Source of the DNA: Cycloclasticus sp. symbiont of Poecilosclerida sp. M
Lineage (GTDB): Bacteria; Pseudomonadota; Gammaproteobacteria; Methylococcales; Cycloclasticaceae
Direction: 5' to 3'
NCBI GenBank assembly: GCA_002101225.1
Contig: LWTN01000244.1
Coordinates: 22,584 to 86,583, forward strand
Length of the DNA stretch: 64,000 bases
Part shown: piece after piece, positions 1-7,474 of the stretch
How the letters are laid out: each line of letters opens with the position of its first letter
Position numbering within the stretch: position 1 is the first letter of the stretch
Translations under genes and position numbers: made by a program
The notes under the pieces: generated by a model
Seen by the model: the letters and a program-made list of their open reading frames with translations, nothing else
What the model was told of the DNA's origin: nothing
Database searches by the model: none

Positions 1-1191
1 CTTTCCTGCTGAAGTTCCGATTAAAAGCAGGGGAATACCCATGCCGATGCCCATGGAGAATAAGGCGAAGCCGCCTAAAGTTGCATCACCCGTTCGGCCT
101 ATATAAATCAAAACACCCGCCAGTGGCGCAGCCACGCACGGCCCTACTATTAAGGCGGATAAGAAGCCCATTACGGCGCTACCTAATACGGTTTGTTTGG
201 CCTGGTGTTGAGAAATTTTTGAGAGCTTTGTTTGAAGTGACGCAGGCAGTTGCAGCTGATATATGCCGAACATGGATAATGCGAGCAAGACAAAAACGAA
301 GCTAAAACTTCCAATAATCCATGGGTTTTGGAAGCTGGCTTGTAAGTTGCTGCCAAACAGTCCTGCGAGTACGCCAAACAGGGCGTAGGTGAGAGCGGCT
401 GCAACTACGTAGCTGAATGAAATGAGAATAGCTTTCCGAGTTGTAAGCGCGTGCCCATGACCGATAAGGATGCCTGAAAGAATAGGAACCATGGGAAGTA
501 CGCAGGGCGTGAAAGAGAGGACTAAACCCAAGCCAAGAAAGGTTAAGCAGGTCAACCAAAGCGTATCGCGTATGAGTGAATCAGCAATTTGCTCCTGTTC
601 TGATAGTACAGATGTCTTATCTATTGTTTGATTAGCGGAGGTAGCGTTTTTAAGCGTGGAACCTTTTGGCAATGACAAATGAAGCGTCTTGCTCATGGGT
701 GGGTAGCACACGCCAATATCGGCGCAACCCTGAAACGAGATAGTTAAGCTTACTTTCGTAGCTCCTTCTTTTGTATTATTTAGGTGCTGTTCGAGAATGA
801 GTTCGTTGTAATAAACGAGGGTGTCGCCAAATATTTCGTCGTATTTTTCTTTTCCAGTGGGAAAATTAAGGGGTTGAAGTTGAACGGTTGAGGGTTCTAT
901 TAACTCCACCTTTACTTTGTCCTTATAAAGATAATAGCCATCAGCGATAGCCCAGTGAAGTTGAATAGTTGTCGCATCAATCACTTCGACAGAAAGGTTG
1001 AAAGCTTGTTCGGGTAATAGTAATTCGTCTGACGGGTTGTTAAGGCCGCCAAATAGTTGTTCCAAAGCTTTGTTAGCTTGGTCGTTTGATGGAGATGAGT
1101 TAGGCGTTGCAGCTATAGCTGTGCCGAAAGCTAAACTCGATAGCAAGATAAAAACTAACAGAAAAAATGTTTTAAGTTTGGTGTTTTGCAT
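1..1191 (-). CDS. dsbD: Thiol:disulfide interchange protein DsbD (5' part; continues beyond the window start)
   Basis: Not in the ORF track because it has no stop inside the window. I translated the minus strand by hand from the ATG at 1191: signal peptide, WAIADGYYLY, QGCADIGVCYPP (N-domain cysteines), FTPCVLPM and GPCVAAP (TM-domain cysteines). Confidence 0.95.
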   Translation of the reverse strand, partial: MQNTKLKTFFLLVFILLSSLAFGTAIAATPNSSPSNDQANKALEQLFGGLNNPSDELLLPEQAFNLSVEVIDATTIQLHWAIADGYYLYKDKVKVELIEPSTVQLQPLNFPTGKEKYDEIFGDTLVYYNELILEQHLNNTKEGATKVSLTISFQGCADIGVCYPPMSKTLHLSLPKGSTLKNATSANQTIDKTSVLSEQEQIADSLIRDTLWLTCLTFLGLGLVLSFTPCVLPMVPILSGILIGHGHALTTRKAILISFSYVVAAALTYALFGVLAGLFGSNLQASFQNPWIIGSFSFVFVLLALSMFGIYQLQLPASLQTKLSKISQHQAKQTVLGSAVMGFLSALIVGPCVAAPLAGVLIYIGRTGDATLGGFALFSMGIGMGIPLLLIGTSAGK

Positions 1192-1254
1192 AGATCACTA
1201 TTTTGCTGCTACGTATTTGCACGGGAGAACTAACGATTAACCACTTTGCATTAT

Positions 1255-1275
1255 AACGAACGCGGAGCGTTCGTT
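1255..1275. promoter_or_regulatory. Perfect 9-bp inverted repeat AACGAACGC-GGA-GCGTTCGTT, a candidate operator in the dsbD/fxsA divergent region
   Basis: Seen directly. It abuts a minus-strand TATAAT at 1255-1250. Confidence 0.5.
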
Positions 1276-1401
1276 CAGATAAGTTCAATTTCTTGAGTCA
1301 GTCAAAAGACCGACTAGGTAGGGAAATTCTTTCTTTAGGTCTATACAGAAGTTTCAAGTTGGTTTTTTACAAACGTTTATTTGATGTGTAAGCTGTTTGA
1401 T

Positions 1402-1854
1402 ATGAATCCCTTTTCTTTCTTTTTATTTTTGTTGATTGTCGTACCGGTTGTAGAAATTTATTTCTTGATTCAGGTAGGCGGAGTTATCGGCGTGTTCCCG
1501 ACAATATTATTGGTGCTTTTTACCGCTTTTCTTGGTGCTTTTTTGTTTCGTCAGCAAGGCCTTACGACGGTGCAGCGTGTGCAGACTTCTGTGCAACGTG
1601 GGGAGGTGCCAGCCGTTGAGATGGTGGACGGCGTAATTTTATTGATGAGCGGTGCTTTATTGTTAATACCCGGTTTTTTTACCGATATGGTTGGATTTTT
1701 ATGTTTGATACCGATGCTTAGACAAAAGATGGCGTTGTCTATTTTAAAAAGCTCTATTGTTCAGCAACATAAGCCCCGTGCTGACAGCTCATCAGGTGAT
1801 GGGCATCAAGACGTTATAGAGGGTGAGTTCAAACGAGATGATGACGCTAAATAG
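1402..1854 (+). CDS. fxsA: FxsA family membrane protein
   Basis: PVVEIYFLIQVGGVIG and LLIPGFFTD motifs, C-terminal VIEGEF, and position next to dsbD. Start moved from 1381 to the ATG at 1402. Confidence 0.9.
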   Translation: MNPFSFFLFLLIVVPVVEIYFLIQVGGVIGVFPTILLVLFTAFLGAFLFRQQGLTTVQRVQTSVQRGEVPAVEMVDGVILLMSGALLLIPGFFTDMVGFLCLIPMLRQKMALSILKSSIVQQHKPRADSSSGDGHQDVIEGEFKRDDDAK

Positions 1855-1867
1855 AGGCTTCTTATTT

Positions 1868-2170
1868 CTACAAAACGACTTCAAAGCCTTCGAAATTTGG
1901 GTGTCCTAGGTATAAGCCTTTAGTTTGTCCGGCTTGTGCGTGGACTTTTTTAAACGCATCGGAGTGTGTCCACGCGTCGAACGACGCTTTGTCTTGCCAC
2001 GTGGTATGTGATGCAAATAAAGTGTGATCTTCGAGCTCCGGTCCGCGTAGCAAATTGAAAGTTGAAAAACCGGGCATGTCTGATAAACGCGATTCGCGCT
2101 TGCGCCAAACGTCTTCGAAAGCACTTTCTTTGCCTAGCGTTACTTTAAAACGGTTCATTGCGATAAACAT
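1868..2170 (-). CDS. Antibiotic biosynthesis monooxygenase (ABM/IsdG-like) family protein
   Basis: 100 aa; MFIAMNRF, MPGF, W...F.AW..S.AF..H pattern. Confidence 0.8.
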   Translation of the reverse strand: MFIAMNRFKVTLGKESAFEDVWRKRESRLSDMPGFSTFNLLRGPELEDHTLFASHTTWQDKASFDAWTHSDAFKKVHAQAGQTKGLYLGHPNFEGFEVVL

Positions 2171-2195
2171 AAATAGATTCTCTTGATGTTGTAAT

Positions 2196-3374
2196 TTAAC
2201 TGAATGAAGGATTTTTTACCTTCAAGGGGTGTAAGGCATATAAGCCAAGTAGCGGGCCGATGGACATCAATGATACGGCAAGCTCTAGACTATAATGATT
2301 CATTAGGAAGTCAAACACATGCAGGCTGATGATGGTTAGCCCAAAGCCAAAACAAATAACCAATGTGATGGCTGAACCGACAATTTCTATGGGTGCTGTT
2401 TTTGCATTCATTGTCGAGAACTGGGGCGAGTCGCCGACGATAGTGATGCCCCAAATTATAAGATATAAAAGGAAGACAAGAGGCGGGCTAGAGAGCATTA
2501 AGGGAAATGCTATACAACATAGCCCCGAGATGGCTAATTGATAGTACGCAACGCGCGCGCTGCCAAATTTTGAAGATATCATGCCGCCAATCGAGCAGCC
2601 AATGCCGCCAGAAGCAATAATTAAAAAGCTCCACAAAGGGATATTTAAATCAACGCCTGCGCGAGCTATATAGATAGATAGAATTATTGGGATAAAAGCC
2701 CACAGGGTATAAAGCTCCCACATATGGCCAAAATAACCGGATGCAGAGGCCCTGAAGTCTTTGCTTTTAAAAATATTTAACAGCGCCTTTCCTTCATGAT
2801 GGGGTGTGCGCTTCGCGTTAGATTTTTCGGGGATGGCAAAGCCAACGAGCAAGCCACCTAATATAGACAGGCTAGAAGCACTAATAATGACCCATTGCCA
2901 ATTTAGTGCTAAATCAAGGCTGGTGATGATGTGTGGAAAAGCCGTGCCAATGACTAAGGCGCCGACGATATGTCCTAATGCGCGCCCTAAAGTCTGCTGG
3001 CTCCACAGGGCTGAAATTTTAACGGCGACGGGGTAGATGCCTGCGAGGAAAAAGCCTGTTAAGCAACGTGAAACTAGCAAGGTGGTGTCATTAAGGGGTG
3101 CTATAACAATCAGTGCGTTCGATAGGCTGCCTAATAGACTAGAAATTAGAAAAATACGCCCAGCGGGGAATCGGTCTGAGATATTTAGCAACGAAAAGCT
3201 CAGTGTGCCAATAATAAATCCAAACTGAACGGCTGATGTGACGTCCGATACATCGAAAGACGTATTAGGGATAGCGAACGCAAGCTGGGTTAAAACGGCA
3301 TTACTGGAAAACCAAAGAGAGGAACCCGAAAAGACAGAAAAAATTAAAATTAATAATGCATTCGAGGTTCGCAT
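2196..3374 (-). CDS. MFS transporter
   Basis: About 12 hydrophobic segments; GFFLAGIYP and DSPQFS motifs. Likely start is the ATG at 3374 (ORF track starts at 3404). Confidence 0.85.
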   Translation of the reverse strand: MRTSNALLILIFSVFSGSSLWFSSNAVLTQLAFAIPNTSFDVSDVTSAVQFGFIIGTLSFSLLNISDRFPAGRIFLISSLLGSLSNALIVIAPLNDTTLLVSRCLTGFFLAGIYPVAVKISALWSQQTLGRALGHIVGALVIGTAFPHIITSLDLALNWQWVIISASSLSILGGLLVGFAIPEKSNAKRTPHHEGKALLNIFKSKDFRASASGYFGHMWELYTLWAFIPIILSIYIARAGVDLNIPLWSFLIIASGGIGCSIGGMISSKFGSARVAYYQLAISGLCCIAFPLMLSSPPLVFLLYLIIWGITIVGDSPQFSTMNAKTAPIEIVGSAITLVICFGFGLTIISLHVFDFLMNHYSLELAVSLMSIGPLLGLYALHPLKVKNPSFS

Positions 3375-3382
3375 GGTTAAGG

Positions 3383-3970
3383 CTATCGAATCCCGGCTTG
3401 CCAAATTTCGTTTAGAGTTTTTCGTGCAGAAGGTTTCTCTTTTGCCTTGAGTGCTTCAGGTAGCGATTCGGGTTGGTCGGCTTCTCCTAAGGCGAAGCCG
3501 CAGATAATATCGTAGTCATCACGCGCTATATTGAGTGTCTTATATACGTTAGCGTAGTCGATTCCACCGATACCGTGAGTGTGAAGTCCGTGCATGTTGG
3601 CTTGTAAAGTTAAGCCCATCCATGCAGCGCCACAATCAAACTTGGCTTTGTTGTTTTCGTTGCCGTTATGCACAAAAGTTTTTTTAGCGAAAATAAAACC
3701 AATTAGGCTGGCGTTTCGAGCCCAAACTTGGTTTGACTCGTTTAATAGACCTAAGAATGAGCCAAAATCTCCTTCACCCGAAGAGGTCACAAAAAGCCAG
3801 GGTTGTTCGTTAAAACAAGAGGGCGCCCAGCGCGCAGCGTCAAAGATGCTGTTAATGGTGTTTTGCTTTAATGGGGCTTTCTTGAAAGCCCGAGGAGACC
3901 AGCGGTTGTGAAACAGTGCGTTTACATCGGGCAATGGGTTTCGGTTGTCGTAGTTAGTTTCTAGCGTCAT
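3383..3970 (-). CDS. Nitroreductase family flavoprotein
   Basis: RWSPRAF and AARWAPSCFNEQPW motifs. Confidence 0.9.
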   Translation of the reverse strand: MTLETNYDNRNPLPDVNALFHNRWSPRAFKKAPLKQNTINSIFDAARWAPSCFNEQPWLFVTSSGEGDFGSFLGLLNESNQVWARNASLIGFIFAKKTFVHNGNENNKAKFDCGAAWMGLTLQANMHGLHTHGIGGIDYANVYKTLNIARDDYDIICGFALGEADQPESLPEALKAKEKPSARKTLNEIWQAGIR

Positions 3971-4073
3971 TGTATTTTTCCGTTATAGAGGTCAGTCGAT
4001 AGGGTACGTGTGGGTCGGTACGATAGCAAGAAGGTGGTTTAAAAGGTGCCAAACAATATTTTTAACAAAACTA

Positions 4074-4117
4074 TTGCGTCGCAACAAAACACGTGTATAA
4101 TGCACTGCAACAAAACA
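4074..4117 (+). promoter_or_regulatory. Sigma70-type promoter of the phasin gene (TTGCGT-N16-TATAAT) overlapped by two TGC-N3-GCA boxes (PhaR-type operator)
   Basis: TGCGTCGCAACAAAACA at 4075-4091 and TGCACTGCAACAAAACA at 4101-4117; TATAAT at 4096-4101. Confidence 0.6.
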
Positions 4118-4156
4118 TTAATTTTGTTATTAAACTTAAACTAAAAGGAAACTATT

Positions 4157-4516
4157 ATGTTAAACGTAGAATTATTATTAGCTCCTGCTAAAAAACTAGC
4201 TGAATTAAACAAAGCACAAATCGAAAAAGCAATTGCTGCATCACAAGCTGCTACTAAAGAGTATGTTGCACAAACTGAAGCTTCAATTAAAGAAGCGACT
4301 GCAATTAAAACTATCGACGGTTTGAACGCATTTGTTAAAGCACAGGTTACTCTAGCACAAAGTGGTGTTGAGAAAGTTGTTGCAGACAGCAAAGTATTAG
4401 CTGAAGACGTTAAGGCTTACAACGAAGAAGTTATTAAACTTGTTCAAGAAGGCAACGCTGTATTAACTAAAGAAGTAAAAGCAACAGTTAAAAAAGCAAC
4501 TAAGAAAGCTGCTTAA
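4157..4516 (+). CDS. phaP: Phasin (PHA granule-associated protein)
   Basis: 119 aa, Ala/Lys/Glu-rich and predicted helical; LAELN...E and AFVKAQ patterns of Phasin_2 proteins; strong RBS AAAAGGA; own terminator. Confidence 0.75.
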   Translation: MLNVELLLAPAKKLAELNKAQIEKAIAASQAATKEYVAQTEASIKEATAIKTIDGLNAFVKAQVTLAQSGVEKVVADSKVLAEDVKAYNEEVIKLVQEGNAVLTKEVKATVKKATKKAA

Positions 4517-4534
4517 TTAGCCCTGCTATTATTT

Positions 4535-4568
4535 AAAAAGCTGCACCTTTTGGGTAGCAGCTTTTTTT
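4535..4568. terminator. Bidirectional intrinsic terminator between phaP and the convergent ABC operon
   Basis: AAAAAGCTGC...GCAGCTTTTTTT stem with an A-tract on one side and a T-tract on the other. Confidence 0.85.
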
Positions 4569-4624
4569 ATGCGCGTAGGGTTTTAATTTGATATGTGGAT
4601 GAGCGGTGTCGCGAGGAGTTTATC

Positions 4625-5377
4625 TTAGATTAACGGTTCTAGTTGTTTATTGTTTTGGATAAGCCGGTCTTTAAATTCAGCAATGTTATTGGCTGCCCGT
4701 TCAGACCTTTGAATATCGACTGTTACGTCTGCAATGATTCTGCTGGGGGCGGGGGATAAAAATAAAATACGGTCGGCGAGTTCGATAGCTTCCGATAAGT
4801 CGTGGGTGACAAATAGGATGCTTCTAGGTTGTTCGTGCCACAGCTTGAGCAGTAACTCCCGCGCTTTTCTAGCCGTTGGTTGGTCTAGTGATACAAAAGG
4901 CTCGTCCATTAAAAGCACGTGTGCGGTAACAGAAAAGGCTCGGGCAAGTGCGGCACGCCTTTGCATACCTAGCGACAGGTGGTGAGGGTAGCTGTTAACA
5001 AATTTATCTAAGCCAAGGTTAGATAGTATGTGCGTTATGGCTGCTTTGGATTCGGCTGATGTTTCTGGCTCATTGGTGGCGAGGGCGATATTCTCTTGCA
5101 CCGTCCGCCAGGGTAGTAAACGGGGTGTCTGAAAAACATAGCTCGTGGCGTTTACGTTTGAATTTTGTGTTTTTAGTTTGATTTCACCTGTGAATTGGGT
5201 GTCGAGCTCTGCGATGATATTCAACAAGGTTGTTTTTCCGCAACCCGAAGGGCCTACGATGCAGGTAAAGCCGTTTTCTGCTTGCTCGAAAAAAAGATCT
5301 TTTATGGCAATATGCTTCTCCGCTTTACCGGTGGCGCTAAAAGATTTTTCTTTGATGTTGATGGTGAGTTGAGTCAT
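4625..5377 (-). CDS. ABC transporter ATP-binding protein, NitT/TauT family
   Basis: Walker A GPSGCGKT, signature LSLGMQRR, Walker B LLMDEPF, H-loop FVTHD. Confidence 0.93.
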   Translation of the reverse strand: MTQLTINIKEKSFSATGKAEKHIAIKDLFFEQAENGFTCIVGPSGCGKTTLLNIIAELDTQFTGEIKLKTQNSNVNATSYVFQTPRLLPWRTVQENIALATNEPETSAESKAAITHILSNLGLDKFVNSYPHHLSLGMQRRAALARAFSVTAHVLLMDEPFVSLDQPTARKARELLLKLWHEQPRSILFVTHDLSEAIELADRILFLSPAPSRIIADVTVDIQRSERAANNIAEFKDRLIQNNKQLEPLI

Positions 5378-5382
5378 TGGGC

Positions 5383-6126
5383 TTATTTCCAGCGTTGAGA
5401 ATGGGTGTCAAGCGGCTTAAGAATAGCTGTTTCAATAAGCTGGATAACGATGATAAACGCGACCGTGTAAACGAGAATGCTCGTCACGTCAAAGAGTTGG
5501 AAAAACAAATGGATTTGATAGCCCATGCCATCACTACGTCCAAGTAATTCAACGACTAGAATAATTTTCCATATGAGGGCTAGGCCGGTTCGGGCAGACG
5601 CCATGATATAGGGATACAGTTGGGGTAAAATTACGTGGCGTAACATTTTTAAGCGTGAAAACTGGTACGCCTTCGCCATTTGTACTAAATCTTCATCAAG
5701 GTTTCGCGCGCCTTCTCTTAGCGTGACGATGACATTAGGTATTTTGTTAACGACAACGGCTAAGATGGCTGCCGTCTCGATAAGGCCGAACCAGACATAA
5801 CATAAGATGATGGTGACAAGGGCCGGGATATTGAGAAAAATAATTAACCAATTATCAAAAAAAGCATTAGCTTTTTGGGAGCGCCCTAGAGCGATGCCAA
5901 CGGCGGACCCTATCGTCATAGCGATAAAAAAACTGACAGTGAGACGGTACAATGTAATGGCAAGGTGGTGGGGTAGTTCACCACGAGTTATTTCATTGAA
6001 TAATGCGACTAAAACTTCGGCGGGTTCAGGCAATAAGGGTGTGCTCGCGAGCAGAGCACACAGTTGCCATATCAGCAAAAGAGCGCCTAACGATAGAGTT
6101 GATGTTAAAAAAGACGAACGGGGCAT
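5383..6126 (-). CDS. ABC transporter permease, NitT/TauT family
   Basis: TM helices; EAA-like loop EGARNLDEDLVQMAKAY; WKIILVVELLGRSDGMG. Confidence 0.92.
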   Translation of the reverse strand: MPRSSFLTSTLSLGALLLIWQLCALLASTPLLPEPAEVLVALFNEITRGELPHHLAITLYRLTVSFFIAMTIGSAVGIALGRSQKANAFFDNWLIIFLNIPALVTIILCYVWFGLIETAAILAVVVNKIPNVIVTLREGARNLDEDLVQMAKAYQFSRLKMLRHVILPQLYPYIMASARTGLALIWKIILVVELLGRSDGMGYQIHLFFQLFDVTSILVYTVAFIIVIQLIETAILKPLDTHSQRWK

Positions 6127-6144
6127 GTGATCTAAAGCATTAAT

Positions 6145-7122
6145 TTAGTCGTGACTCCAGAATACATCAGCTGGAATAGGTTCTACAGTTCTTACCAATT
6201 TATCTTCGCTTGTTTCAGACAAGACTGTATAAGCCTTTTTAATGGCAGTTTTTTCGGCACCGCCCCAGCTCGCTATACGTCCTTTGCAATAACCGGCGCG
6301 TAACAAGTTTTGTGTGTTGGGGTCAGTTGTTTTTGTAAGCGGAAGGGTAGCTTGCCAATCTTTATCTGAGCTGCATATTAAATTGGCAGCCTGTCGACTA
6401 GCCTCTAAAAACTTTTTGACAGTCTCCGCGTGTTTCTTACCCCAGCTGCGGTTAAATACAAAACCTAAAATAGGAATATTTTTTTTAATACCCAATAGGT
6501 CTAAAATATCGTGGGTATCCAAGAGTTTACGAAAGCCTTGGGCTTCAAGTCTTGCGCTGTAGTGCCAGTAATTTATGAGGGCGTCCACTTTACGTTGTTG
6601 CGCCAAGTTGTTTAATAACGGAGGCGCACCAAAAACCTTTTCGACTTGTTGGTCTAAGTCGTTGTTTGATTGGTTAGAAAGTGCTTTAAGAAACAACCAG
6701 TTTTTATCTAAGCCACCGCCGGCGATACCCAACTTTTTACCGATTAAATCGTTTGTGGAATGAATCGCCGACTCGGCGGGCACCATCAAGGCGCCTGCAG
6801 AGCTTGAGTAGGGTGCGAATTGATAGTGAAACCCGTTCGCGCGTTGTCCAATTGTCCACACCCAGTCTGCAACTATAATATGGGTTGCGCCAGCTTGTAA
6901 TGCAATCTTAGTCGCCTGCGTACTAGCAAGCGGCTGAATATTCAGGGAAAAACCGTTTTCTTCATCGAGTTGGTTTCGTTTTATTGTTTGTAGCGTCCAA
7001 TTAACGGTGCCAAACTCTAAAACAGAAATATTGATGGCCTCGTTTTTTTGTTCCGGCTCGCTACACGATAAAACAGCCAAAACGAGTGGTATCAAAAGAA
7101 AACGAGTAGAAAACTTGAACAT
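6145..7122 (-). CDS. ABC substrate-binding protein, NMT1/THI5/SsuA-like (possibly PqqT-like); possible lipoprotein
   Basis: Likely start is the ATG at 7122 (MFKFSTRFLLIPLVLAVLSC, weak lipobox). FGTVNW, IIVADWVW, GKKLGIAGG, DALINYWH. First gene of the ABC operon. Confidence 0.8.
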   Translation of the reverse strand: MFKFSTRFLLIPLVLAVLSCSEPEQKNEAINISVLEFGTVNWTLQTIKRNQLDEENGFSLNIQPLASTQATKIALQAGATHIIVADWVWTIGQRANGFHYQFAPYSSSAGALMVPAESAIHSTNDLIGKKLGIAGGGLDKNWLFLKALSNQSNNDLDQQVEKVFGAPPLLNNLAQQRKVDALINYWHYSARLEAQGFRKLLDTHDILDLLGIKKNIPILGFVFNRSWGKKHAETVKKFLEASRQAANLICSSDKDWQATLPLTKTTDPNTQNLLRAGYCKGRIASWGGAEKTAIKKAYTVLSETSEDKLVRTVEPIPADVFWSHD

Positions 7123-7474
7123 GATTTTAAAAGGCAAATATTTATGTAATAAAAATAATGTGCCATAGCTTAACGTAAAGCTTGATTTGCTAGAAGTGTT
7201 AATACCAAGTCGCAACTGCAGCTTGAAATCAAACCAAACATAAGTTGGGTTTAAAATAAAAAATTCCATGACGAAAATTACTAACATTTCGACGAAGCTA
7301 TAAATTTATTGACCAATAAAATTAAAATAATGTATGGTTGTATTCAATAAACGAGTATTGATGTAAGTCGTTAATATCAATGAGAATTATTTCTTTTTGA
7401 TAATCATTCTTGCTTGAATAATAACTATATGAAAGACATAGCATTTTTAGAAAAGGTTGGAGCGTGTTGTACGT

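Noticed and set aside
81-1240. Short ORFs 81-305, 183-404, 302-559 and 998-1240
   Set aside because: They are shadow frames of dsbD, which is open from 1191 to the window edge with all expected motifs.
1280-1400. Sigma32 promoter for fxsA or dsbD
   Set aside because: CTTGA(A/G) hexamers occur on both strands, but there is no CCCCAT-like -10 at the right spacing.
4141-4392. 83-aa antisense ORF over the phasin gene
   Set aside because: It is a mirror of a strongly codon-biased gene, with no RBS or recognisable motif.
4625-7122. Tungstate/molybdate transporter (tupABC/modABC) next to the AOR
   Set aside because: The permease, ATPase and SBP motifs are NitT/TauT/NMT1-type, not ModA/TupA/WtpA-type.
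7145-7170. Sigma54 promoter (minus-strand TGGCAC) for the ABC operon or aor cluster
   Set aside because: The -24 TGGCAC is present, but the -12 position reads TTTT rather than TTGC.
6145-7287. 380-aa version of the ABC substrate-binding protein
   Set aside because: The first 55 codons run through AT-rich promoter DNA; the signal peptide begins at the ATG at 7122.
7123-7474. Moco/Tuco riboswitch upstream of moaA
   Set aside because: The region is very AT-rich, and I could not find the GC-paired stems or conserved loop sequences of the Moco RNA motif. An Infernal search with the Rfam model would settle it.
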